Assembly (NCBI GenBank): GCA_951406725.2
Contig: OX597819.1
Span: forward strand, 124,930,001-124,994,000
Reading direction: 5' to 3'
DNA from: Octopus vulgaris
Taxonomy: Eukaryota
DNA length: 64,000 bases
Shown here: positions 10,966 through 23,651 of the stretch, piece after piece
Layout: the number at the start of each line of letters is the position of its first letter
Position numbering within the stretch: the stretch's first letter is position 1
Translations under genes and position numbers: made by a program
The notes under the pieces: model-generated
What the model was told of the DNA's origin: nothing
The model's database searches: none
Seen by the model: only the letters and a program-made list of their open reading frames with translations

Positions 10966-11812
10966 TATATATATATATATATATATGTATAAAAACTTAC
11001 TTGGAGAAGAGAAAACAACGTGTGCGTTCAGTCATATAATAACAATTTAATAAATAAAATATATGCATATATACATACATATATGTACATACCTACATCT
11101 ATATGTATACATACATGCATATATGAGTACAGGATACCACAAATAAACGTAGAACACAACGAGAAACGAAAACATAAAATCAAACAAGGAAACGGACTTT
11201 TTTAACAACGAAAAAACAGAGTACAAGACAAACAACACAAGGGACATTCTCCTTTTTCAGCTGCCCCTGTTTCGACTCAATACGTGTTTCGAAGGTAAGG
11301 GCAGAACACGACCATACCGTAGCAGTCCTTCCCGCAAAATGAATTAAATAAAATTCTTTTGCAGAGGGGTAAAACAAGTGACAAGTACAGGACGTAAAAG
11401 CAATACAAATGAACAAAAAAAAATATAGAGTGTGAGTTATTAGCAATTAGAGCCTGAAGGCAAAATTAATAGAGGTCACAAAAGTGACTAATTGATTAAT
11501 TAATAGCGATAGGAGCAGTGTTAATACCAAAAGGCAGTCTTTATGTCCAACTTGTGAATGTTTTATTAGAACACCGAATACTGAGTTATTTTTTATGGGA
11601 GGACCTCTCATATGGACGTATGGTGCATAAAAGCCCTCATATCTATATTATTGGCAAACGAGAATCGTCTGCTACGGTCATCGATCACGTGATTACGACC
11701 TACGCTGTTTCCTCAGTGGCAGACTTCTAGTAGCAGTATAACTGCCGAATCACATTCTCAACGATATATAGAATTTCAGTCTATCTGTCTCTGTCTGTCT
11801 GTCTCTCTCTCT

Positions 11813-11843
<31 letters not shown>

Positions 11844-11849
11844 CCTGTT

Positions 11850-13830
11850 CTGGCGTTGACAAGCGTGAAGCCAGGGTCGGTTTGAAGCTTGACCAAGGGG
11901 CTTCACACAGCGTCAGTGTGTCCGATCGCCTGGCAGTTCTCATCATCAATAAAAGGATCAAAACGTACATCTGGGGGCCATCTCAGATCCCGCTAAGAAT
12001 GACTTCTACGATCAGCTACAACATGTGCTGGACTCTATCCCATCCTCGCTGGCGACCTCAATACCCACGTTGGCTCGGACAGATCTGGTTGGGAGACTAC
12101 CACAGGCAAGTTTTAGCATGGAGAGACCAATGATAATGGGTTCCGCCTTCCATCGATCGCCGCAGCCAAACAACCTGGTTGTCAGGAACATTCCCTTTCG
12201 ACATCCTCTGAAACATCAGCTGACATACGGAAATCCATTTGGAAAGGTCTCAGCGATCCTGGACGATGTGCTTATCAATGCTCGGTTCCTATCATCACTC
12301 CAGGAAGTCTCGCCATGAGAGGTCTCAACTGCGGCGGCTCTGGCCACTACCTCATTCGTGCCCGGGGTGAAGCGGAAATTGCCTAAAGTGATCAGATTGG
12401 ATTGTAATCAGCCGCGTGCTTGTTGAAAAATGAGAAGGTCTTTGGCCTGGACCAAAGTCACTGTTGAGGTGGTCAAGGCTGGAGGCCTTCATCGCCTCAA
12501 GAGTGCAGCTTGAACGACTTCTTGTACTCATCCAACTCATATGGCGATCGAGATGAAACAAGGCCATCATCATTCCCATCCATAAGAAAAGCGACAGCAA
12601 GGTCTGCAAGAACTACCGAGGTATTTGCCTATTCTCCATCGTTGGGAAGGTCTTTGTGAAGATCATTCAATCGCGGCTCTAACAGACCAACAAGGAAAGA
12701 AGAGTTGGTTTCCAACCTGGGTGAATGAGTTGATTTCCAACCTGGGTGCGGATGTTGCAACCAAATCTTGGCCCGTCGTCAGCTAATCGAAGAACGAACG
12801 CACTCGGGGCAGTGGACTGCGATTGTATTTATTACTTCGAGTCTGCCTTCCCTTGTGTTGACTAGACCGCCCCATGGAGATCGTTAGAAACCAAACAAGC
12901 ACCTTAGAGGATCATTGCACTCCTACGTTCAGCCTATATTAGCACGCCGGGCGAAATGCGTAGCCGTATTTCGTCTGTCATTACGTTCCGAGTTCAAATT
13001 CCGTCGAGGTCGACTTTGCCTTTCATCCTTTCGGGGTCGATAGATTAAGTACCAGTTACGCACTGGAGTCGATGTAATCGACTTAATCCCTTTGTCTGTC
13101 CTTGTTTGTCCCCTCTGTGTTTAGTCCCTTGTAGGTAGTAAAGAAATAGGTATTTCATCTGCCGTTACGTTCTGAGTTAAAATTCCGCCGAGGTCGACTT
13201 TGCTTTTCATCCTTTCGGGGCCGATAAATTAAGTACCAGTTACGCACTGGGGTCGATGTAATCGACTTAATCCTTTTGTCTGTCCTTGTTTGTCCCCTCT
13301 GTGTTTAGCCCCTTGTGGGTAGTAAATAAATATATATTAGTTCAACCAGTTTGGTCTGGATCGGAGATAACGTCTTTCCCCATCAGGACAGCAAAGTGAT
13401 GTGGTTTCTCTTGTCCTGCCACCATAACGCCGAAGCTACGGATATCTTGTACAACATTGCCCGCTTTGCTCGGCTTTATGGTTTCAGAATCAACGCGGAC
13501 AAGACGAAAGTTCTAATAGCAGATGACTTGCCAGTCATCGTGCATCTTTATGGCATTAAGCTTGAGCAGGTCCAGGGGTTCAGAAGAAAGTGGAGTCAAC
13601 AGCGGAGATCAACTGCCGAATCGGGTCTGTGACATTCGCATCCTTCAATGGTGTGTCTGGAAAGAGCTCATCATCTCCTTAAGGACTAAGATTCGTTTTT
13701 TCCGCATTCTGGTTTTGCCTGAGGCCTGGACCAAACAAGACCGAGGTATTCCAAATGTGACATCTTCGTCAGATCCTTAGAGTCTCTCTGTGTGACCGAA
13801 TCTTAAACATCAAAGAACAATGCCAGTAGC
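11850..13830 (+). mobile_element. Decayed RTE-clade LINE (APE endonuclease + RT), internally deleted
   Basis: Motif remnants LAGDLNTHVG, TNDNG, IIPIHKK....NYRGICL.SIVGKVF, GFQPG, YGFRINADKTKVL; frameshifted; interrupted by SINE B. Confidence 0.8.
12938..13330 (+). mobile_element. SINE family B dimer, 5'-truncated
   Basis: Two monomers; TATATTAG repeated on both sides (probable TSD). Confidence 0.85.
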
Positions 13831-13859
13831 CAAGTCCATTGAAAGCCAAGTCGGGTAGA

Positions 13860-15245
13860 GCTGCCAGTAGCTTGAAGTTCATTAACAGGGCGTATCTTTG
13901 ATTAGATAGTTTATGCTTCTGTTGGTGAATTCTGCATGTTAGTGGATTACGTGTAGTTTCTCGTGAGGACAGAGCTGGTAATAGCAAATTCAAAGTGAGT
14001 AAGATGGAGTGCCTGTCAGTTATACTCCACTTGTTGTTAAAGAAGTCGTTCCGTTGGTTGTGGAGTCTCCAGATGAATCAAGAGAGTGTGGTGGTGTTTT
14101 CTTTATCCCTGCTCCTGAAGGAGTGTCTGCATTGTGTATATCTTTCCTTAAAATCATTGACTGCTATGTGATCTCATCGGATGGTGTGAGAGTGGCTCTA
14201 CAGAGAGGCTAGTGTGTGGAATGGAAGCTATCTGGACGTGTATCTGCGTCTATTGTAGCTTGTAATGTTTGAAGCGAAGTTATTTAAGCAGAGTAACTGA
14301 CCTTAGCATTGTGGGAGTTGAAGAGTTTATAATACATATGGGTTCTAGAGAAATGTTTTCAAATTATCGCCAGGAAGCTCCTAACTATATTAGCTACTCA
14401 CTTACTTACTTGTGGCAACATTCACCCTGGGCGGGTTGTGTCAGCTTCTTCTACTCATGGAAGAAGTTTCGTGGGAATATGTGGATTTCACAAGGGGTCC
14501 CTAACAATCCCGCATGTGGAGACATCCTGTTTGCCGCAGATTGTCCGCAGATGCAGGGACAGAACGACCGAGGAGCCGCCGGTTGCCGAAGCAGACACTC
14601 CGAGGATTTTCACCAGAGCCCCATCTGCTGGGTTGTGGCCCTAATACCACTCGGTGTCAGACCAATCCGCCTTGGGTGGCCCTACCAGGAACCGAAGTTC
14701 CCGACGGCATAGCTCTGACACTACCCGTTGCCAGCGTCCCCACCACGGTGAGGAGGAGATGGACTATATTAGCTGAAACTTATTACTTGGATGAAAGATT
14801 GAAGCAGATTATCTTTCTATTTCAAACACCCTCCAGGTTCGAGCCCGGGTAGGGTGTCCTTCATGTATACTTATCGGTGGATCCGTTTCTCGCTAATACC
14901 TCGTTATAGAGGGTGAGACTCTGTTGAAGATTTCACTCTGTCCGATGATAGTTTAAAGATTCTGTTTATGCCTGTGACTAGATTTCTAATTACAGCTGGG
15001 ACGATATTTCTATGGATTTAAACAATTTCCCCACCGGGCTTTCTCTAAGAGCGATATTTGCCAGTCTTTAAGTGTAAGGTTATATCCAGAAAGTCGATAT
15101 TTTTTCAGATTGGTTGTAACTGTTATAGACTGAATTTTTTGAAGCTCTTCATCAAATCCTTCCTAAACTTGTCCCTGGCTTGGTCATTCATATGGCTTGA
15201 GATTTTCGGCCCATCACCCCAATGTTGGGCCGAGCAATGGGGATG
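13860..15245 (-). mobile_element. Decayed PLE (RT thumb to C-terminus), interrupted at ~14420-14760
   Basis: IDFLDITLHLKTGKYRS*RKPG at ~15035-15100; C-terminal CRIHQQKHKLSN at ~13900-13940. Confidence 0.65.
14420..14760 (-). mobile_element. RTE-type 5'UTR fragment with strong secondary structure
   Basis: Minus strand ..CGTGGTGGGG..GAGCTATGCCG..CCTGGTAGGGCCACCCAAGGCGGA.. resembles RTE/BovB-type 5' leaders (recognised from memory, not searched). Confidence 0.55.
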
Positions 15246-15258
15246 CGTGTTATATATT

Positions 15259-15478
15259 ACTCTTTTCTCTTTTTTACTCTTTTACTTGTTTCAGTCTTTT
15301 GACTGCGGCCATGCTGGAGCACCACCTTTAATCGAGCAACTCGACCCCGGGACTTATTCTTTTGTAAGCCCAGTATTTATTCTATCGGTCTCTTTTGCCG
15401 AACCGCTAAGTAACGGGGACATAAACACTCCAGCATCAATTGTCAAGCAATGCTAGGGGGACAAACACAGACACACAC

Positions 15479-15539
<61 letters not shown>

Positions 15540-15705
15540 TACGACGGGCTTCTTTCAGTTTCCGTCTACCAAATCCACTCACAAGGCTTTGGTCGGCCCG
15601 AGGCTATAGTAGAAGACACTTGCCCAAGGTGCTACGCAGTGGGACTGAACCCGGAACCATGTGGTTGGTAAACAAGCTACTTACCACACAGCCACTCCTG
15701 CGCCT
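15259..15705 (-). mobile_element. SINE family A, full length
   Basis: Complete head, (TA)n linker and tail. Confidence 0.9.
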
Positions 15706-15987
15706 ATATATATAATATAATATGCATCCACACATTCGACAGTCTTTCGTGCGGTTTCTGTCTCACCACGTTTTAGAAGTCCTGAAGCTATGACTGAAGG
15801 CACTTAAGAAGGCACCGTGCAATGTAGCCTGAGAACTACGTAAACCCCTTAAACGCACAAACTACATTCAAATCTTCGTTTAGCGTCTATCAAACTTCGT
15901 TTTCTTTTTTCTTTATATTTAAAATTTTTTTTCAGCCATCAATTTAACAATTAATACATACATACACTGTTAATAATTAAATAATTA

Positions 15988-16437
15988 GGATCTTTTCGGT
16001 TTGACCGGCAGATTTTTAAAAATAATTTCCACGTAACTAAACATTTTAAAACTTTGTATACTGGTAGAATGTGTTTATAAAACATCATTTTCTCTTGGCT
16101 TTATTGAGAAAATTCTATACTTTGTAAGATATTTGTTGTTGTTTTTTCTTCAATTTCTTCAATTTCAACCAATCAATGACGTCTATTGAGGTGAAAAACA
16201 TTCTGTGCCGTATGAATATGTCCCTCGTTTAAGAAACAGATTGGGTTTATTTACATTTGTGAAGAAAAAAAGATACCCTTCCCCCACCCCTAACACTAAC
16301 CCTAAACACCCCTACTCTAACCAACCCTAACCCTAAAACAGATTGAAATGCAATAGATCGATTCTAGGGTCATAATTATGGGTGACAATTTCATATGACA
16401 CCACTAGAAAAAACTGCCGTTCAAACCGAAAAGATCC
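15988..16437 (+). mobile_element. MITE family D, full length, with internal TAACCC-like repeats
   Basis: TIRs GGATCTTTTCGGTTTGACCGGCAG / CTGCCGTTCAAACCGAAAAGATCC; TTAAATAATT near both flanks. Confidence 0.85.
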
Positions 16438-17929
16438 ATTAAATAATTCTATATTTTTATTGAGAACATGCCTTTACTTGCTCAACCGAGTAAAGTCATG
16501 AACGCTCTCTTGAACGTTGAATGATCTGAGCTAAAAAAAAAAAAAGAGTCATAAACCCCCTCTTCTTTATACAGTGTCACGTTACCTTCAGTAGTAGACT
16601 CTACTTCTTCGTGGTCATTGGAAGAAATCACGTGTTGCACAATCTGCCATAGGGTTCAGTCTCGAGATTGCAAGAAAATAATAATTATAACCTTTTATAC
16701 TGTCATGAGGGTTACTTGGTTGGTGCCGTGTGGAACTGGTAAATGAAGATGGATTTCGTTGACGGCGTGAATAATAACTGGAGCACACTTGCGAACATTT
16801 AACTGAAATATTTATTGCCAGACATAAAGATATTAGTCGTTAGCTATTGACAATGAACAACTTAAATGTCTGCTGACTAGGAAAGAGACACGTTGTTCTG
16901 AAAATATAGAAAGCTATCTGTGTGACAACATGCGGTCAGTACAGAAATATACAAAGTCAACTGCGCAAATCTCCATGGTGACAAAGGTCCTTGGCTCTTT
17001 ACCTTTGGCCGTCCGCGCAAATGTCTGGAACCGTCTGGTGACAAGAATGGAGGCGCACGTCGCTCAGCCACCGTCAGCATTCTGCGATCAGTCGAGCTTC
17101 AAAACGATCTTTATAAGGTAATAAAGTAAAATCCCAAGCTGATAACCGGAGAGGGAAGCTTCCAGCTCAACCAATATGTTACTGTGGATGCTGCTGGATG
17201 ATGAGCTCTGTTGATGATGTCATTCCATGCTTTTTGATCTATGGTGCTGGCCTTAGCATGCTCCAGGACGAGGCGTTTCAATTTCAGGTCTTCCTCAGTT
17301 TGTTTAACCCGTGTCTACTTCGGTGTTCTGCGCCGGATTTCCCAGTGCATGAGTCGCTGTCGCCTCAGAAGGGAGTAGTCTTCCGGTGCTCATCCTGCAC
17401 AGGCGCAGTCCCCAAAATTTTTTCGAAGTGAGGGCACAAGATCAAAAAGGAATACAATTCCAAGGGAAAAGGGCGTAATAATATTATTTAGAAATGCGCA
17501 CATCTTTTCTTGAAGGGGGACACGTGCCCCATAAGCTCCCTCTTGGGCCTGACCCTGCTGCAGACGTGGTCAAACTACTGTAGCCTGCGATGCCGGACTT
17601 GGTCTTCAGTGGTCGGTTGCTGCTTGCTTTGTTCTCTGATGCAGTTTGAGATTTAGTCGCTTAGAGATACACCATGGATCTGACGAAGACACTGTATTTG
17701 GAACACCTCAAGGATGGTCCAGGGCTAGCGTGCAGAAAGATGAATCTTGGTCCTCAGGGAGAAAAATGAAAATTCTAGAAAACCACATCAGCTTCATGCT
17801 CATTGGTTGCTTAAAAGACCGATCACGTGAAACAATAGTAGCTCACTCGTGGTGTGTGACCAATTATCTAGCAGCAGAGGTTTCGAATCACCGCTACACT
17901 ACTGTAGGCACAGGGCCTGACATTTTTAG

Positions 17930-18090
17930 GAAAACGGCTAGTCGATTACATCGACCTGAGTTCAGCTGGTACTTATTTTATCGACTCCCAAAGGATGAAA
18001 GATAAAGTCGACTTCGGAGGCAGAACGTAAACACAGACTAAATGCTGCTAAGTGTTTTGTCCAGTGTGCTTACGATTCTGCAGCTCGCAA
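17930..18090 (-). mobile_element. Degraded SINE B
   Basis: AGTCGATTACATCGACC...AAAGGATGAAAG..AAGTCGAC. Confidence 0.6.
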
Positions 18091-18543
18091 TAAATATTGG
18101 TTTCTTTCCTTACTAGTGTTCTTTTGGCGATGGGGACTAATCTGTATTTTTATGAGAAGATGAAATAATAAGGATAATATTGGAGTATTATCTAAGTCAT
18201 TAAGCAACATAAAAGAAATTAAATAGCTTGGAATTGAAGCCGCATTGCAATAAGCTTATCTGAGAACTAATCTCTTACTAATGGCGTCTATTCTCTATCC
18301 TGGTATCTATCAAAGTAATCTTCGATTGCAGAATAAAATTTACAGATTATTGAGAGCCTGTGTTGTATTCATTATACTATATATTTATTAAATTTAAACT
18401 TTTAGTTTGTCTTAATTGGCCTAAAATGAGGGGGAAATAATAAACACGCCTGTCGTCCCTTATAACTTACATGAAGACTACTTACTCTTTTGTTAGAGAG
18501 ATCATTAAGATAGTTATCACGGTTCTACTTTGACTCTAAGTCA

Positions 18544-18585
18544 ATTATAATTACGGTCTATCCGAAGATAGACCGTAATTATAAT
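18544..18585. other. Perfect 19-bp hairpin with 4-nt loop
   Basis: ATTATAATTACGGTCTATC-CGAA-GATAGACCGTAATTATAAT. Confidence 0.95.
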
Positions 18586-18920
18586 GAGTTTGTTGCTATT
18601 CATCGAGTCTGCTTTTCCATTCAGTTCCTCTATAGTGTTTTTACTATACTAAGAATTCAACAACAACACACACACGTGTGTGTGTCTGTGCACTTATTTT
18701 GAGTAGCCACTTGAGTGAGTTTCTGACCACATGGTGTAATTATGATATTCTGAAGTAATGAGACTGAAGATTGCTGTATAAGTTGTGCAATGAGAACCGT
18801 CTGCCCCTAACAGCATTTGGACTTGTTTCGTGGTACAAAACTTCGCCTCATTCAGGACCCGTAAGTAAACATTCATGTAATATAATTATTTATTTGCATC
18901 TGGTAGTTTGACGATTTACT

Positions 18921-19157
18921 GGTACTTAACTATTTCTGTACGACGGTCCCAGTGCGCGCACTCGCGTACTTGCGCATCACAAATACTTTGTGTTTTTATG
19001 TTTTATTTACTTTGTTTAACAACAATTATTTACTTTCTGTAACAAAATTATTTATTTTGTGTTTTATTTACTTTGCCTGGTAGTCATTGTAGGATCGACT
19101 AGTCACGACTAGCTAGCGCGACTGCGCGCACCGGGACCACTGTTCGCTAGTAGTACC
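18921..19157. mobile_element. Merlin-type MITE (degenerate TIRs)
   Basis: GGTACT..GGTCCCAGTGCGCGCA / TGCGCGCACCGGGACC..GTAGTACC. Confidence 0.6.
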
Positions 19158-19378
19158 GATAATTCTTTATTACGCCAAAATCAGTTATTCTTAGCTAATC
19201 ACAGATATTCCGATTGATGATGGGGTAAATCTATTTTCCATATCAGACACGGTCGACTGGTTTCTCTATTATAAATTCAAGGTAGTAGTATATCTGAAAT
19301 AACTTTATAGATATATCTCCAAGATTTCCATAGTCATGCAGGTTGTTTTACACTACTGTTAAAAAGAAAAATCAACTT

Positions 19379-19753
19379 GTGGCTGTGTGGTAAGTAGCTT
19401 GCTAACCAACCACATGGTTCCGGGTTCAGTCCCACTGCGTGGCATCTTGGGCAAGTGTCTTCTGCTATAGCCCCGGGCCGACCAATGCCTTGTGAGTGGA
19501 TTTGGTAGACAGAAACTGAAAGAAGCCTGTCGTATATATGTATATATATATATGTATGTGTGTGTGTGTGTATGTCTGTGTTTGTCCCCCTAGCATTGCT
19601 TGACAACCGATGCTGGTGTGTTTACGTCCCTGTCACTTAGCGGTTCGGCAAAAGAGACGGATAGAATAAGTCCCGGAGTCGATTTGCTCGACTAAATGCG
19701 GTGCTCCAGCATGGCCGCAGTCAAATGACTGAAACAAGTAAAAGAATAAAGAA
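19379..19753 (+). mobile_element. SINE family A (slightly 5'-truncated)
   Basis: Family A consensus. Confidence 0.9.
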
Positions 19754-20614
19754 TTTCATAAATCCGCCGTCGTATTTAATCTTGATTACCTAAACAATTC
19801 TCTCTCTCCATAAACTACTTTCAGTTTAGAAAAGTTTCCAATCTCCGTTTGATATTCAATTGAACTATTGTGAAGAAACAGGTTTGTTGTTAGACGAAAT
19901 AAGAGAAGATATTGCGATTAATCCGCTAAAATCCGTTTCATCTTCCTTCAGTGTTGCTCCTTAAATGCTAAAAGCCAAAACAGTAAATAAATATGAAGGT
20001 CAGTGTTTCATTGAGAGCAGAGTGTGTTAACAAGCGAATTCCAATGTCGTATTTTACCATTCTTAAAATAAGTTTTAGGTTTGTCAATTGCAGGAGAAAA
20101 ATATATAGCTGTCACATTAAGTGATAATGTCAAGATAGATAGGAAGAGGCTGTTGACCGTTAGGTCTTCTTAAGATATAAAGAAGAAAAACAACTTATGT
20201 CAGCATGAATGCATCTTATGAAAGGAAATGTAAAAGTTACACAAAATTTAACTGAAATTCTTCTATTTCTTGTTCGTTAATTTACTTCTTATTAATGCCA
20301 AGTTACAATAATTGATGTATCTTTTTATTTACTTTTAACGCATCTCTCTAATGATTAGCATCTTAATATGGTTCACCCCCCCCTCTACATACACACTCTT
20401 TGCTCAGCTGTTGTTTCTGTTTGTTGGAAGAAACAAGAATAAAAGACATTTAGGCCTGTCTTGTACCACTGTGTATTTTTTACATTGAATAAAATTGTAT
20501 TTGAAACACAAGAGCTCTGATATTTACAGAGAGCACAAAGTTAGAACAGGAAATAGATTCCAATAATGTTCCGTTTTCATCTTGTTTTATTGCTTGCTAT
20601 TAAAGGAAATATAA

Positions 20615-20868
20615 AAGGAGAAAGGGGCTCTCTACCCCCCTTTTGACCAGGCTCCCGTGGCTTTTATGGGTTTTTCCACGTGTAACCTTTCGAAGCGCCC
20701 CCCTCCCTATTGGGAGTTTTAATTGTTACTTATTTTTCGTTGTTATCCTGCTTTTGTACACGGACCTTTTTTCAAACGGACAAAACCCTTTGTAACTTTC
20801 GTCCTGTGTTTAATTGATTTTTGTTAGCCCTTGTGGCCAATAAACGAATTAATTATTATTATTATTAT
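20615..20868 (+). mobile_element. L1/Tx1-like LINE 3'UTR
   Basis: Ends AGCCCTTGTGGCCAATAAA + (ATT)n; similar to 53090-53552. Confidence 0.5.
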
Positions 20869-21362
20869 TTTTTCTTTTTGCAATTCCCGTTTGCTTCGCC
20901 GTGTAAATAATGGTTAAGCACTCGATTTTCTAGTATTAAGCTGATATTAGAATAGCACCAGATGGAAATATTTCTTGAATGTAAATTTTCTTAACGGAGA
21001 TATCGAGAAGTGTGAAAATGTATTTTTGTTTTAGGAATTTGTTTTCTTTGTCAGAATTTTTGAATTAAGGCAACCAAATCCACTTCTAATCTGAAGTGTC
21101 TCGACTGTCAAACGCCTACTACCGTGTGGATCTTGTTGGTTTGGCTGCCAGCATCATTTTCTGTTCATTGATTTCATAGTCAGTGTAATAATACACTTCT
21201 TTAGGCTAATGAAAGATGTGAAAATCATTTTCGTTATAAATCAATAAAGAATTGGAAGCAATTAGTTTGTGGGGCAAGTACTTAGTCACAGATATATCTA
21301 TCATTCTGGCTGCTTTTCAATAGTTATAAAAACAAGAATTCCGTAAGCTGAAGGCAGTTACT

Positions 21363-21877
21363 GATACCCTTCTCCAACCCCAACCCCAACCCTAAATCTA
21401 AAATAGATTGAAATGCAATAGATCGATACTAGGGCCATAATTATGGGTGACATTTTCATTTGACACCGCTAGAAAAAAATCCAATTTTCCATAGCGGTGT
21501 TGTATGAAATTGTCACCCATAATTATAACCCTAGTATCGATCTATTGCATTTCAATCTATTTTAGATTTAGGGTTAGGAGTGGGGGAAGGGTATCTTTTT
21601 TTTTCAGAAATGTAAATAAACCCAATCTGTTTCTTAAAGGAGGGACATATTCATTATGCACAGAATGTTATTTACGTCAGTGGAGGTAATTGATTGGTTA
21701 AAATTGCCAAAATGCAAGAAATTTTAGATGAAATATGTTACAACCTATAGAATTTTCTCAATAAAGCCAAGAGAAAATGATGTTTTATAAACACATTCTA
21801 CCAGTATATGAAGTTTAAAAGTGTTTAGTTACCTAGAAATTATGTTACAAAGTGCCATTCAAAAGGAAAAGATCCCA
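21363..21877. mobile_element. Two inverted pieces of MITE family D
   Basis: 21363-21478 forward and 21492-21877 reverse, both matching 15988-16437. Confidence 0.8.
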
Positions 21878-21950
21878 CTTCATTCATATATTTATATAAC
21901 CTCTCTCACCAACCTCCGACAATATTTCTCGCCAACCTCCAAAAGAAAGA

Positions 21951-22131
21951 GGTATCTCGTCTGCCGTTACGCTCTGAGTTCAAATTCCACCGAGGTCAAC
22001 TTTGCCTTTCATCCTTTCAGGGTCGATTAAATAAGTACCAGTTGCGCTCTGGGATCGATGTAATTGACTTAATCCCTTTGTCTGTCATTGTTTGTCCCCT
22101 CTAAGTTTTGCCCCCTGTGGGCAATAAAGAT
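21951..22131 (+). mobile_element. SINE B right monomer (5'-truncated dimer)
   Basis: Starts at the dimer-junction sequence GGTATCTCGTCTGCCG. Confidence 0.8.
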
Positions 22132-22143
22132 ATATATATATAT

Positions 22144-22351
22144 ATAGAATGGTTGTATACTGTCAGTCTAACAGGAACATGACAGTAGGGGGTACACCAC
22201 CGCTGTTTAGCCCTAGGAAGCATCAACGCTTCCCGATGGCTTTGACACATTTTTCCATCAGGAGGCGTCGATGCTTCCTAGGGCTAAACAGCGGTGGTGT
22301 ACCCCCCTACTGTCACGTTCGTGTTAGATTGACAGTATACAACCATTCTAT
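22144..22351. repeat. ~95-bp-arm foldback between (TA)n tracts, with an extension to ~22405
   Basis: ATAGAATGGTTGTATAC...CCGATGG / CCATCAGG...GTATACAACCATTCTAT. Confidence 0.9.
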
Positions 22352-22400
22352 CGCCCCACCACCGTACATGTCACTACGAGAGATTTAGAAATTTAGTATT

Positions 22401-22440
<40 letters not shown>

Positions 22441-22559
22441 GCTCGTGTAGCCAGTTTACATCAGGGGTAAATATGTTCTATTGAAACGCCTTATTACTCT
22501 GATATAAGAAAGCAATTTCGTTATAACTGCCACAAAATGTGTATTTTCCATCACAAAAA

Positions 22560-22860
22560 GTACCAGCTGGGAAGATTGTCTGCACCTCTAAACCTAATTC
22601 TTTCTGGAAAAACACAGCTACTCCACCACCTGATTCTATCAGACTACAAGATGAATATGTCTTGTAGTTGTCAAAATTTGGACTGAGTGTGTGCATCCCA
22701 GAAATTCTGGTTTCAGTAATGGCTACCACACCTAAGTCAAGTGATCTGGGGTTGTTGTGCAGGTGACCTTGCTTCCAAGCTAACTCCAGACTACATACAT
22801 TGATACATCCTAGTCTGAGTGCCTCCATATTTGCTGGCAAAAATAAAAGGAGAAACCACT
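22560..22860 (-). mobile_element. L1/Tx1-type APE endonuclease N-terminal fragment
   Basis: ORF 22478-22840: LRLGCINVCSL...VVAITETR...GGGVAVFF. Confidence 0.7.
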
Positions 22861-23435
22861 CACCTCACTTCAAGTAACTTCAAGTAGCAAGGATGGTCTG
22901 TGTTCTTTTGAGGTGGGTGTCCCTTGAAAGGCCCTTCTGATTAGGTTTTATTTATTGATTTTCTGAAAATCCCCATACTCCCTAGGAAGTTGTTCAAGAG
23001 TGTGTTAAATTTGACTTGATGTTTTTATTAGGACTCTTTCTTCAGGTCTTTTGGGGATGATTTAAAAAAAAAATTCTTCCCCTTCTGTCTTTGTGCCGTC
23101 TTCTTAAGTAGCTCATTAACCCTTTGTTGTTTTTGTTCATCACAATGAAATCCACTCTGTTTCTACTTGAGTCTTTCATTGTCTTTTTCAATGGTTTAGT
23201 GGTTATGTTTGTATGTCCTCTATTTGCTGTTTTTGTATGTTTTCTTGTTGTTATGTTTGTGTATTTTCTTCTTGTAGGGGATACAGTGGAAGGTTTGGTT
23301 GTTGTAATGATGGTTTTGTGATTTTTTGTTTTTGTTGGTGAAATTACAATGTAGAATATAACTGGGTGACACACAAATTATATACGCATCTATAAATAAA
23401 TATAATAATAAATAGATAACTCATACTACATATAC

Positions 23436-23605
23436 AGGCGCAGGAGTGGCTGTGTGGTAAGTAGCTTGTTTACCAACCACATGGTTCCGGGTTCAGTCCC
23501 ACTGCGTGGCACCTTGGGCAACTGTCTTCTACTATAGCCTCGGGCCGACCAAAGCCTTGTGAGTGGATTTGGAAGATGGAAACTGAAAGAAGCCCGTCGT
23601 ATATA

Positions 23606-23651
<46 letters not shown>

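Noticed and set aside
11250-11340. Hammerhead at minus-strand GAAACACGTA / CTGAAAAAGG
   Set aside because: No properly placed CTGANGA core with helix II upstream of the GAAA.
16701-16927. Short solo LTR (TGTCA...TGACA)
   Set aside because: The flanks (ATAC vs ACAT) are not a clean TSD; insufficient support.
23436-23510. tRNA gene
   Set aside because: A/B-box-like head of a multicopy SINE; no complete cloverleaf.
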